63,676 nt of DNA from Actinomycetota bacterium (GTDB lineage: Bacteria > Actinomycetota > UBA4738 > HRBIN12), in NCBI GenBank assembly GCA_040880745.1, contig JBBDHX010000051.1, positions 1 through 63,676 of the forward strand, read 5' to 3'. Each line of letters opens with the position of its first letter. Position 1 is the first letter of the stretch. The position numbers were made by a program, and so were the translations under genes. The notes under the pieces were generated by a model that worked only from the letters and a program-made list of their open reading frames with translations, was not told the DNA's origin and did not search any database. Of this stretch, positions 20,681-29,423 are shown piece after piece.

Positions 20681-20794
20681 GGTCGTGACCTCCTCGCGAG
20701 ACGCCGCGTGTCGGGGGCAACTGTACGCCATGTGATGCAGGGGCGCTCGATCGTCAGGGTCCTGCCATGGCTCTGGCGTGGTCTCTCCCGGCCG

Positions 20795-20850
20795 ATCGTC
20801 ATGATCCTCCCGACTGCGACCTAGGTGTTTCTCGTGAGGATCATGACGAT
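20795..20850. repeat. Intergenic palindrome with perfect 15-bp arms (REP/MITE-like)
   Basis: ATCGTCATGATCCTC (20795-20809) / GAGGATCATGACGAT (20836-20850). Confidence 0.7.
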
Positions 20851-20911
20851 GCCGTGGGGCGCGAGAGGTCAGTTCGTTGACGATCGCCGCGAGGCGGACG
20901 ATCGTTCACCT

Positions 20912-22120
20912 GTGAGCCTGTCCATCGACGACCTCGCCGCGAGCACCCCCGCCACTCGCGATCGCACCGTCGACTTCCTGCGCGCCGCGAGCATCCTCAC
21001 CGTCGTCGTCGGCCACTGGCTCATCAGCGTGGTCCGGTGGCAGGACGGCGTCATCAGAAGCACCAACGCCATCGGGATCACCCGAGGCCTCTGGATCGCC
21101 ACATGGATCCTCCAGGTGATGCCCATCTTCTTCTTCGTCGGCGGTTTCGCGAACCTGACCGCCTACGAGTCGGCCCGACGAAAGGGCGCGAGCGACTGGA
21201 CCTTCGTTCGGCGGCGCATGTGGCGCCTGTTGAAACCTTCCCTGCTGTTCCTCGGGCTGTGGGGCATCGTGCAGATCGCCCTGCACCTCGCGGACTTCGG
21301 GGCGCCACGCCCGCCGCTCCTGCCGGGTGCAAGCACCACCACCCTGCTGCGCGGGATGGACTTCCCACCGGCCACGATCCCGTTCGGTCCGCTGTGGTTC
21401 TTGGCTGTCTACCTCGTCGTCGTCGCGATCGCGCCACTCACGGTGAGGTTGCACCGCCGGTACGGCTGGCGTGTGATCACCGTGATGGTCGTCGGCGCCA
21501 TCGCAGCCGACGTCCTCGGGTTCGGGGCCGACTCCGCCTACCGCTGGGCCAACGTGGGCTTCATCCTCCTGTTGCCCCATCAGTTCGGGCACTTCCTCGC
21601 CGACGGCACGCTCGATCGCCTCCCGCGGCGCACCTACACGATCATGGCGATCGCCGGGCTTGCCGGGATGCTGCTCCTCACGAATCCGCCCTTGTTCGAA
21701 CTCGCCGGTGACGTGCGCTTCGACTGGTTCCCCGGCATCGGCTCCTACCCGAAGAGCCTGCTGGGCACCGAGGCCGAACTCGTCTCGAACGCCTACCCGC
21801 CCACGCTCGTGTATCTGCTCGTCGGTGTCTGGACGATCGGCGCGGTGATGCTGATCCGGCCCCGCCTGCAACGATGGCTCCAGCGTCCGCGGCCGTGGCG
21901 GTTCACCATCGGGGTGAACGCCGTGATCATGACCCTGTTCCTGTGGCACATGACCGCGTTCTTGTTCGCGATGTTCACGCTCTGGCCGCTGGGTCTCGGG
22001 CAGCAACACACGACGGGGGTGCGGTTCTGGCTCGAGAAGATCCCCTACGTCGCGGTCGCCGGGGCGTTCCTGGGGGCGATCGTGGTCCTGGTCGGCAGGT
22101 TCGAGCGTCCGAAAGCCTGA
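20912..22120 (+). CDS. Acyltransferase family 3 membrane protein
   Basis: RDRTVDFLRA..VVVGHW, TWILQVMPIFFFVGG, LWFLAVY, MTLFLWH; start approximate. Confidence 0.88.
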   Translation: MSLSIDDLAASTPATRDRTVDFLRAASILTVVVGHWLISVVRWQDGVIRSTNAIGITRGLWIATWILQVMPIFFFVGGFANLTAYESARRKGASDWTFVRRRMWRLLKPSLLFLGLWGIVQIALHLADFGAPRPPLLPGASTTTLLRGMDFPPATIPFGPLWFLAVYLVVVAIAPLTVRLHRRYGWRVITVMVVGAIAADVLGFGADSAYRWANVGFILLLPHQFGHFLADGTLDRLPRRTYTIMAIAGLAGMLLLTNPPLFELAGDVRFDWFPGIGSYPKSLLGTEAELVSNAYPPTLVYLLVGVWTIGAVMLIRPRLQRWLQRPRPWRFTIGVNAVIMTLFLWHMTAFLFAMFTLWPLGLGQQHTTGVRFWLEKIPYVAVAGAFLGAIVVLVGRFERPKA

Positions 22121-22154
22121 CCCTCACTTCTTCGGACCCGTACCGTGTCGGGTC

Positions 22155-22826
22155 GTGAAGGATGCGCCGATGCTCCGCGGATCGTTGCCCGTCCGCTTCG
22201 TCGCGCTCTTCTTCGGGCTCATCCTGTTCTCGGCCGCGATCGTAGCCATGCTCGAGTCCGGCCTGGGGCTCCCGCCGTGGGACGTGCTGCACCAGGGGAT
22301 CGCCGAGCACTCGCCGCTCACCCTCGGCACGGCGGGGATCGTCGCCGGCGTCGTGATCCTGGTCGTGGCGTGGGCGATCGGCGCGCCCCCGGGCTTCGGC
22401 ACGGTCGCGAACACCATCGTCATCGGCGCTGGGATCGACATCATGGCCGCCCTCGAACCCGTCCGTGCGCTCTCCGAGGCCGGGCTGGCTGCGCGGATCG
22501 GTCTGGTGGGGACCGGCATCGCGCTGTTCGGGGTGGGCTCCGCCTTCTATATCGGTGCGGGGTTGGGCGCGGGCCCCCGCGACTCGTTGATGCTCGCCAT
22601 CACGCGTCGCACCGGCCGCCGGATCGGGCTGGTGCGAGGGGGGCTCGAGGTCACTGTCCTGATCGTCGGTCTCCTCCTGGGGGGTACGGCTGGCCTCGGC
22701 ACGCTCGCGCTCGCGCTGCTCGTGGGTCCCTCGGTGGAAGGCTCGTTCTGGCTCGTGCGGCGGGTGGGCCTCGCCGAAAGCACCCTCCGACCGATCCCCG
22801 AGTTCGGGCCACTCGACGTGGCGTGA
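22155..22826 (+). CDS. YczE/YyaS/YitT-like membrane protein
   Basis: LGLPPWDVLHQGIA, PGFGTVAN, LGAGPRDSLM, GGTAGLGT. Confidence 0.88.
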   Translation: MKDAPMLRGSLPVRFVALFFGLILFSAAIVAMLESGLGLPPWDVLHQGIAEHSPLTLGTAGIVAGVVILVVAWAIGAPPGFGTVANTIVIGAGIDIMAALEPVRALSEAGLAARIGLVGTGIALFGVGSAFYIGAGLGAGPRDSLMLAITRRTGRRIGLVRGGLEVTVLIVGLLLGGTAGLGTLALALLVGPSVEGSFWLVRRVGLAESTLRPIPEFGPLDVA

Positions 22827-22856
22827 ACGCCACGCTCACGCCGTACCCTGGTTCGG

Positions 22857-23330
22857 ATGATCATCCAGAACGGTGACCTGGCTCCGGCGGTCCAGGGCCT
22901 CGATGTGGGCCATCCCCACGCACTCGTCTTCTACAAGGCGTCCTGCTCGGTCACGGCGATGGCCGGACCCGCGCTGGCGCGACTTGGCGACGCCTACCCC
23001 GGCGCCGTGGTGGCGGTCGGCCAGGATCCGGCCGAGGTGCTCGACGCGTTCGGTGGCAGGCACCGCTGGACGTTCCCCCAGGTCAGCGACCTCGCCCCCT
23101 ACGAAGCTTCGAACGCCTACGGCATCTCCTCCGCGCCCACGGTGGTGGTGCTCGATGCCGAAGGCCGGGTGGCCGACGTGGTCGAGTCCTGGGATCGCGA
23201 CGGCATGAACCGCGTCTCGGCGACGCTCGCGGGCCTGTTGGGCGCCGACCCGGCGGTGCTGTCCACCCCCGATGACGGCCTCCCGGCGTTCAAGCCCGGC
23301 TGAACGACGCGCAACGTGCCCTCCGTGTGA
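22857..23330 (+). CDS. Thioredoxin/TlpA-like protein, probable selenoprotein (UGA 23301-23303 read as Sec)
   Basis: FYKASCSVT, YGISSAPTVVVLD; C-terminus LPAFKPG-UGA-TTRNVPSV; downstream hairpin. CDS ends at 23303 if UGA is a stop. Confidence 0.7.
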
Positions 23331-23346
23331 GGGCGGATCGGTTCGC
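23308..23346 (+). promoter_or_regulatory. Putative bacterial SECIS hairpin
   Basis: Upper stem GCCCTC/GAGGGC with loop CGTGT about 20 nt after UGA; lower stem GCG(C)AAC/GTTCGC. Confidence 0.55.
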
Positions 23347-23383
23347 TCGGACCGCCAGACGCAGGCACCGTTAGGCTCCCGGC

Positions 23384-24109
23384 GTGTCCGATGATCTGCA
23401 AGGTCGCGTCGCGATCGTCACGGGCGGCGGGACCGGCCTGGGGGCCGAGGTCTGCCGCCAGTTGGTCGCCGCGGGCGCGCGCGTCGGCATCAACTATTCG
23501 CGGTCGGTGCAGGCGGCCGAGGCACTTTCCGCCGTGCTCGGGTCCGCCGCCGTTGCGGTGCGCGCCGACGTGCGGGATGAGGGCCAGGTCGCGGCGATGG
23601 TGCTCGAGGTTGAGGAACGGCTCGGTGGGCCCGTCGATCTCCTCGTGAACAACGCCGGGGTCACCGTGTACGCCGCACCGGAGGACGTGGCCGGCGTCGG
23701 TGCCGAGGACTGGGAGCGGATCCTCGGGGTGAACCTCATCGGTGCGTGGAACTGTGTGCGTGCGGTGGTGCCGGGCATGCGGGCGCGAGGCGCGGGCGTG
23801 GTCGTCAACGTGGCCTCCGACGCCGCGTTCCACCTGGAAGGCTCGTCGGTGCCGTACGTGATCTCGAAGGTGGGGATCGTCGCCCTCACGCGGGTGCTCG
23901 CCGCCTCGCTCGCCCCGCAGGTGCGGGTGCACGCGGTGGCGCCGGGATGGATGGATACACCGTGGCTCGATCGCTACGTGCCCGACGAGGTGACCGCGTC
24001 GCTACGTGCGGGTGAAGAGCCTGTGGTCGAGGTCGCCCGCGTTGCCCGCGAGGTGATCCGTCTCCTCGGATCGAGCACCACCGGCGACGTCGTGCAGATG
24101 TCCGTTTGA
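23384..24109 (+). CDS. SDR family oxidoreductase
   Basis: TGGGTGLG, LVNNAG, YVISK (YxxxK), AVAPG. Confidence 0.92.
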   Translation: MSDDLQGRVAIVTGGGTGLGAEVCRQLVAAGARVGINYSRSVQAAEALSAVLGSAAVAVRADVRDEGQVAAMVLEVEERLGGPVDLLVNNAGVTVYAAPEDVAGVGAEDWERILGVNLIGAWNCVRAVVPGMRARGAGVVVNVASDAAFHLEGSSVPYVISKVGIVALTRVLAASLAPQVRVHAVAPGWMDTPWLDRYVPDEVTASLRAGEEPVVEVARVAREVIRLLGSSTTGDVVQMSV

Positions 24110-24123
24110 AGCCTGTGAGGGCA

Positions 24124-25479
24124 CTACGCGGCCGGGGCGCGCCTCGGCCCGAGAGGATCGACCCGCAGCAGCACCGCGCCGGCCACGAGGCACCCCACCC
24201 CGACCCCCGGCCAGAGCACCACCTCGCCGGGGACGGGGAACGCGTTCGCGGCTAAGACAGCCAACCCGGCCGCGGCGGCCATCGTGCCGACGAGCGACAC
24301 GGCCGAACCCAGGACACCCGTGCGGGCAGGAGCCGGAGCCGCCGCGGGGCGTTCTGCCCACCGGAACCCCAGGAGGAACGGCGCCAGGCAGATCGCGCAG
24401 ACGACCCACCACGCCGGGCGCAGCAGCCACCATGCGGTGCCGAGCGGTTCGGGCTGCGGCGCGATCCCGGTCGGGAACAACGCCACCGCGGCCAGGACGA
24501 CCGCCGTCATGTTCCACAGGTAGAACGTCATCACCATCGAGTTGGCTACGACCACCGCCAGCCACACCTTCGGGCGAGCCAGCCAGCGGTTCGCGGCGTC
24601 TTGGAACAGCAGGGTCGCGCCGCATTGCCACACCGCGAGCGAGAGCAGCGCCAGCGTCGGGGGTTGCACGTTGTTCCTCGGCGCGTGGGTGAGGGCGATC
24701 ATGGAGATGGGGTAGTCGAACCACGTGACCAGCGTCCCCATGGCCGCGAGCCCGCCCGCCGCCATCGCCGCGGGGAGCCATGCCGGTCGCCGGAGCGCAC
24801 CATGGGCCCACAGGAAGCCGAGCTCCATCACACCCAGCCACACGAACGCGTAGTTCGCCGCGCCGAGGATGCCTGCGTCCAGGCCGTAGCGTGCGACATC
24901 GACCAGGAGCGTCCCGGCGACCAACACCACGATCGTCCATGGGCCGAGCCGACTGTGCGCCCACGCGAGCGGCGGGATCGCGATCATGCTCGCCAGGTAG
25001 ACGGCGAGGAACCACAGCGGCAGTGAGACCTCGACGCCGCCTGTTCGTGCGAGCCCGCTGGGGAGGATCCCGGTCGCCACCCCCGCCACCGGCAGCACGG
25101 TCCAGAACCCGACGAACCACAGCGCCGGCCGGATCAGTCGCGCGCAGCGCCCGCGGAGCCAATCGGCATAGGAGGTGCCCCGGCCCGACGCCGAGATCCA
25201 CGAGGTTCTGTTCGTGAAGCCGCCGACGATGAAGAACAGCGGCATCACCTGGAACACCCACGTGATGATCTGCAGGTTCGGGTCGAGCTCCAACAGGTTC
25301 GAGCCGGTGAACTTCCCGTCGCGGTAGCCGAGGACCGCGATCGTCCAGTGGCCGAGGACCACGACCCCGATGGAGACCACGCGCAGCAGATCGATGTAGC
25401 GGTTGCGCGTGTCGGGCGTCGCGCCCACCAGATCGCGAGCGCGCATCCGGGTGGGTCGGGCTTCGGGAGCCCCCCTCAT
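24124..25479 (-). CDS. Acyltransferase family 3 membrane protein (second paralog)
   Basis: RNRYIDLLR..VVLGHW, TWVFQVMPLFFIVGG, LWFLAVY, MTFYLWN; start 25479 or 25446. Confidence 0.87.
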   Translation of the reverse strand: MRGAPEARPTRMRARDLVGATPDTRNRYIDLLRVVSIGVVVLGHWTIAVLGYRDGKFTGSNLLELDPNLQIITWVFQVMPLFFIVGGFTNRTSWISASGRGTSYADWLRGRCARLIRPALWFVGFWTVLPVAGVATGILPSGLARTGGVEVSLPLWFLAVYLASMIAIPPLAWAHSRLGPWTIVVLVAGTLLVDVARYGLDAGILGAANYAFVWLGVMELGFLWAHGALRRPAWLPAAMAAGGLAAMGTLVTWFDYPISMIALTHAPRNNVQPPTLALLSLAVWQCGATLLFQDAANRWLARPKVWLAVVVANSMVMTFYLWNMTAVVLAAVALFPTGIAPQPEPLGTAWWLLRPAWWVVCAICLAPFLLGFRWAERPAAAPAPARTGVLGSAVSLVGTMAAAAGLAVLAANAFPVPGEVVLWPGVGVGCLVAGAVLLRVDPLGPRRAPAA

Positions 25480-25665
25480 GGCGGGGACGAGTGTGGCAGT
25501 TCGCCGCGCAGAACGCGAGAGGGGCTCATCCGCAGGCACCTCGGATCCGAGGAGTCGTGGCGTCATCCTGCGCTTCATCCAGCGCACGGAGCATGCGGCC
25601 GAGGACCAGGTCCGGATACCGAGCGCGTATCGGAGTGCCGCGTCCAACGCCGGCACCTCTGACAT

Positions 25666-25861
25666 CTCGGAAGAGCACATCGACCGATGGCTCGATGGAC
25701 GCGAACACGGCGCCGTGGTCCCGATCACGACGCTCTGCGACATGGCTCTGCGCTGGTACGCAGACCGGCTCGACCCGGACTGGCACCCACGCACGCCCGA
25801 GGAGAACCGAGCCATCTTGGAGGATGCCGGCTTGACCGGGGAGTTCTGGCGGCTGTCGTAG
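25666..25861 (+). pseudogene. 3-prime remnant of an alkylmercury lyase (MerB)-like gene
   Basis: SEEHIDRW...GAVVP...WYADRLDPDWHPRTPEENRAILEDAGLTGEFWRL resembles a MerB-like C-terminus; no matching N-terminus or start. Confidence 0.6.
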
Positions 25862-25865
25862 CGGG

Positions 25866-26996
25866 CTACGCGCCGAACCAGCGGGCCGCCCGTGTGGAGG
25901 CGAACTCGGCCTTCTCCGACGCGGTCTGCACCGAGGGCGACGTGAACATGCCGGTCGGATGGCCCGGGGTCGAGAAGAAGTCCACGTCGACGCGTGCCAC
26001 ATCGCCACCGCCGAACTCGATCCAGCACGAGCCGGTGCCGTCGTAGCCGGGCGGTTCGTCGGCGCCTCGGATCCGTGCGATCAGCTGGTCGGCCACGATG
26101 CCCGCTTGGTCCTCGGCGAACACGCCCGCCTTGGGGGTGCCCACGCTCGTGACGTCTCCGACCGCGTAGACGTCCGGGAACCTCGTGGCGAGCGTCGTCG
26201 GTTCCACCGCGATCCACCCGCCGACCGCCAGCCCGGAGTCTTCGATGACAGCGGGAGCGCGGTGCACGGGGACACCGAGGAACAGGTCATAGGGCAGGCG
26301 ACGGCCGTCGTCGAGCACGGCCTCCCCACCCTCCAAAGCGCTGACCCGGCGGTCGGGCACGAACTCGATGTCCCGCTCGGCGAACGCCGCGAGGATTGCC
26401 TGCGACGTCTCGGGTGAGGGCGGGATCGGGATGCCGAAGGGGATCACGACCTGGATCCGGACCGCGTCGCGGACGCCGCGTTCGCGCAGGAACTCATCGA
26501 GCAGGAGCGCCGCTTCGCTCGGTGCCGGCGGGCACTTGAACGGGGCGCCGCACACGCCGACGATCGCGGTCCCGGAGGCGAACGAGGGGATCTTGTCGCG
26601 AAGGACCTCTGCTCCGCCCACGGTGTAGAACTCGTTGCCGTTCTCGGCCAGGCCCGGCGTGGCGGCGAAGTCGTAGTCGGCGCCCAGGGCTACGACCAGG
26701 ATGTCGGCCTCGTAGGTGTCGAGGTCGGTGGTCACGAGCCGCGCCTCGGGATCGATCGAGGTGATGGTCTCCTGGCGGAAGCGGACGTGAGGCGTGGTGA
26801 TGTCGCGGTAGTGCAGACGCACGGCCTCCGCGGACCGCTTCGCGAACATCACGTCGAGCTTGGAGAAACCGAACACGAACGCGTCGGAGTGGTCGATCAG
26901 CGTGACGTCGACGTCATCCCCGAGCGCTTCGGCGAGGCGGGTGGACAGCTCGAGGCCACCGAAGCCAGCACCGAGGACGAGCACGGTCGTGGGCAT
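25866..26996 (-). CDS. FAD-dependent oxidoreductase, sulfide:quinone oxidoreductase-like
   Basis: VLGAGFGG, LVVALGA, FKCPPAPSE, VYAVGDV, PKAGVFA, GSCWIEFG. Confidence 0.85.
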   Translation of the reverse strand: MPTTVLVLGAGFGGLELSTRLAEALGDDVDVTLIDHSDAFVFGFSKLDVMFAKRSAEAVRLHYRDITTPHVRFRQETITSIDPEARLVTTDLDTYEADILVVALGADYDFAATPGLAENGNEFYTVGGAEVLRDKIPSFASGTAIVGVCGAPFKCPPAPSEAALLLDEFLRERGVRDAVRIQVVIPFGIPIPPSPETSQAILAAFAERDIEFVPDRRVSALEGGEAVLDDGRRLPYDLFLGVPVHRAPAVIEDSGLAVGGWIAVEPTTLATRFPDVYAVGDVTSVGTPKAGVFAEDQAGIVADQLIARIRGADEPPGYDGTGSCWIEFGGGDVARVDVDFFSTPGHPTGMFTSPSVQTASEKAEFASTRAARWFGA

Positions 26997-27024
26997 GGAC
27001 CCAGGATAGGGCGGAAGCAGAGAT

Positions 27025-27219
27025 TCAGACGCCGAGGGCGGCGATCTGACGGGCGGTGAGGCGGCGCGTGGTGGGCGCGATCCGCAGACCCGCCAGGCCG
27101 ATGGGGGCACGCGACCAGAGCCCTTGCATGAATCGCTCGACCGAGAGATGACCGTCGGCCTCGCGCTCTACCTTGAAGACCATCCCGCCCTCGGTCCGGT
27201 AGACGCCGTCGGTGCTCAC
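27025..27219 (-). CDS. Small hypothetical protein, tandem paralog A (64 aa)
   Basis: DGVYRTEGGMVFKVERE..GHLSV...APIGLAGLRIAPTTRRLT; TACTGT 6 nt before GTG. Confidence 0.8.
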   Translation of the reverse strand: MSTDGVYRTEGGMVFKVEREADGHLSVERFMQGLWSRAPIGLAGLRIAPTTRRLTARQIAALGV

Positions 27220-27239
27220 CCATCCACAGTACGACATCG

Positions 27240-27342
27240 AGGCCTCGTCGCGCTCATCGGGCTCATCGTCGCGTCACTCGGCCACTACGACCAGGCCGAG
27301 TACGACCGCCAGCTCGAGCACGGTGTGGAGGAGGCCGGCTAG
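27240..27342 (+). pseudogene. Possible 3-prime remnant of a membrane protein gene between the tandem paralogs
   Basis: GLVALIGLIVASLGHYDQAEYDRQLEHGVEEAG* with coding-like GC3 and no start. Confidence 0.4.
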
Positions 27343-27345
27343 GCC

Positions 27346-27540
27346 TCAGTTCTCCAGGGCGGCGATCTGCCGTGGCGTGAGGCGCCTCGTGGTGGGGGCG
27401 ATCCGCAACCCCGCCAGCCCGATCGGCGCCGGGGCCCAGAGGCCCTGCATGAGCTTGTGGACCGAGAGATGCCCGTCGGGTTCGCGCTCCACCTTGAAGA
27501 CCATCCCGCCCTCGGTCCGGTAGACGCCATCGACCGCCAT
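27346..27540 (-). CDS. Small hypothetical protein, tandem paralog B (64 aa)
   Basis: Highly similar to paralog A, with synonymous differences; TATCCT 6 nt before ATG. Confidence 0.82.
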   Translation of the reverse strand: MAVDGVYRTEGGMVFKVEREPDGHLSVHKLMQGLWAPAPIGLAGLRIAPTTRRLTPRQIAALEN

Positions 27541-27607
27541 CGGCCCAGGATACGCCATCGAACCTCGGGGCCGTGAGTTCACGACTTCGGGCCCCTTCCG
27601 GGCCACC

Positions 27608-28906
27608 ATGGGAGCCATGCGTTCGCTCGCGGTGGTGGGGAGTCGGATCGCGGCCGCATGCCTGCTGGCCGGCGCCTCATGCACGCCGGGGACGTCCGCC
27701 ACGCTCACGGCGACGCCGAGCGCACCACCGGCATCGGCGAGCGTCACGCCCGCGACAGGATCAACCTCCCCGCCGACGCCCTCGGTCACCGTCGAGGTCG
27801 TGGTCGCGGACTGGACGCGGGCCATCGAAGGCGCCGTCGGCGGGCGAGACGTCTCGGTCGCGGTCGGGGTGGGTGACCGGATCGTCTTCGAGCTGGCGGG
27901 CGAAGAGCCGCGGATCCCGGCCTCCAACCAGAAGCTCCTGACGTCGATGGCCGCCCTCGACATCTTCGGGCCCGAGCACCGCTTCCCGACGGTGGCGGCC
28001 TCGGGCATGCCGCCCGAAGGCGGGGTCATCCACGGCGATCTCTGGCTCGTGGGCTCGGGCGACCCCGAGGTGGACGCATCTTCCATGGCGCGTCTCGCCA
28101 CAGCGGTGCGTGCGGCCGGCGTCGCGCGGATCACGGGCGGGGTCATCGGTGACACGTCGGCGTTCACCCGGGAATGGTGGGCGCCCGGCTGGGTACCGGG
28201 GCTCTCCCGGAGCTTCGTGACGCGAACCACCGCCCTCGCGTTCGCGGGGAACGCCGGGGGCGGGCTCCCCGAGGAGGCGGCGGCGGGCTCTTTGACCGCG
28301 GCGCTTCGATCCCTCGGTGTCGAGGTGATCGCGGAAGCCGAAGCCGGTGTTGCGCCACGAGGACTCGACGCGGTCGCGGTCACGCGATCGCGACCACTGC
28401 GCGACCTGCTGGCCGTGCAGAACCACGGTTCGGTGAACTTCTACGCGGAGACGCTGCTGAAGGCGCTCGGCGCTCAGGTTGCCGGCGACGGACGGTCAAC
28501 CGCCGCGGGAGCCGAGGCCGTGGCCGCCTGGGCGGCGTCACGAGGTGTGGCCGCAGAGGTGATGGACGGCTCGGGGCTCTCGCATCGAGATTTCGTGTCG
28601 GCGCGGGGCCTCGCGACGCTGCTCCTTCTGGCGCAGGACGAGCCGTGGGGCGAGGTGCTCGACGCTTCGCTCGCTCCGTCCGGCGAAGGCACGCTCGAAG
28701 GCCGTCTGCTCGGGGTCGACGCTCGAGCCAAGACCGGGACCCTCTTCGAGGAGTCGGTGTCGTCCCTCTCGGGCTACGTCACCGACGCGAGCGGCGCCCG
28801 CGTGGCGTTCTCGATGATCTCCCGCGGCCTCGACAAGGCCACCGCGGTCGCGATCGAGGACGCGATCGTACGAGCGCTCGCCGGGGCACGCATCGGGCGA
28901 GGCTAG
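27608..28906 (+). CDS. dacB: D-Ala-D-Ala carboxypeptidase/endopeptidase (peptidase S13, PBP4), likely lipoprotein
   Basis: PASNQK (SxxK), SVN (SxN), DGSGLS, AKTGTL; start 27608 or 27617. Confidence 0.88.
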   Translation: MGAMRSLAVVGSRIAAACLLAGASCTPGTSATLTATPSAPPASASVTPATGSTSPPTPSVTVEVVVADWTRAIEGAVGGRDVSVAVGVGDRIVFELAGEEPRIPASNQKLLTSMAALDIFGPEHRFPTVAASGMPPEGGVIHGDLWLVGSGDPEVDASSMARLATAVRAAGVARITGGVIGDTSAFTREWWAPGWVPGLSRSFVTRTTALAFAGNAGGGLPEEAAAGSLTAALRSLGVEVIAEAEAGVAPRGLDAVAVTRSRPLRDLLAVQNHGSVNFYAETLLKALGAQVAGDGRSTAAGAEAVAAWAASRGVAAEVMDGSGLSHRDFVSARGLATLLLLAQDEPWGEVLDASLAPSGEGTLEGRLLGVDARAKTGTLFEESVSSLSGYVTDASGARVAFSMISRGLDKATAVAIEDAIVRALAGARIGRG

Positions 28907-29115
28907 GGCGCGACCCACGAGCCGCTCCGGATCCCAGCGCCAACGAGGGCGGCGTCCCAGCTGACGAGCGAGATCGCCCCACCGTCCGCCGCGACGCGAG
29001 CGGTGGTGAGATGGAGCGCGTCGTATCCGCGCAGCGTATGGGTCTCGGCCAGCTCACCGGCGTCACGAACGAGCGACTCGTCCACCCCTGACGTGCACGA
29101 ATTCATCCCAGTGCG
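28903..29115 (-). pseudogene. vapC: VapC (PIN) toxin, N-terminal half missing
   Basis: VDESLVRDAGELAETHTLRGYDALHL...LVSWD; no N-terminal DSSA motif; extra base in the run at 29085-29088. Confidence 0.75.
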
Positions 29116-29372
29116 TACGTGGCTTTCACCTTCCGCCGCGTCTTCGACGAGGTGGCCTTCTTCGCCGGCATCCGGATGAGCCCGTCATCGATCGGCCGCT
29201 GCCATCCGTCGGGGATCTGGTCGACGCCGGTGAGCCGTGCGACCGGCCGTCCTCGGTCCGTCACCACGACTGCCCGCCCGTCGGCGACCTCGGCCAGGTA
29301 GTGGCTCAGCCGGCCACGCAGTTCGCCAACACCGACCTTGAGACTCGGTCTTGGATGTGGCGTCTTTGCCAC
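29103..29372 (-). CDS. Phd/YefM-family antitoxin, C-terminus probably truncated
   Basis: VGVGELRGRLSHYLAEVADGRAVVVTDRGRPVARL. Confidence 0.8.
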   Translation of the reverse strand: MAKTPHPRPSLKVGVGELRGRLSHYLAEVADGRAVVVTDRGRPVARLTGVDQIPDGWQRPIDDGLIRMPAKKATSSKTRRKVKATYALG

Positions 29373-29379
29373 GGGTAAG

Positions 29380-29389
29380 TGTGTACACA
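29380..29389. promoter_or_regulatory. Palindrome TGTGTACACA, putative TA autoregulatory operator
   Basis: Perfect 10-bp AT-rich palindrome at the expected -10 position of the antitoxin gene. Confidence 0.55.
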
Positions 29390-29423
29390 TCGAACCCCGC
29401 CCAAGGGGATGGCGGCCGGAGCC

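Noticed and set aside
22817-22834. Hairpin CGTGGCGT-GA-ACGCCACG at the yczE-like stop
   Set aside because: Short, 2-nt loop and no U-tract; not enough to call a terminator
24124-26217. 697-aa extended acyltransferase ORF
   Set aside because: The N-terminal ~245 aa overlap the SQR-like gene and the MerB-like remnant; family similarity starts near 25446
27025-27540. Direct repeat as CRISPR, att sites or IS ends
   Set aside because: The repeats are diverged coding paralogs; no cas, integrase or transposase present
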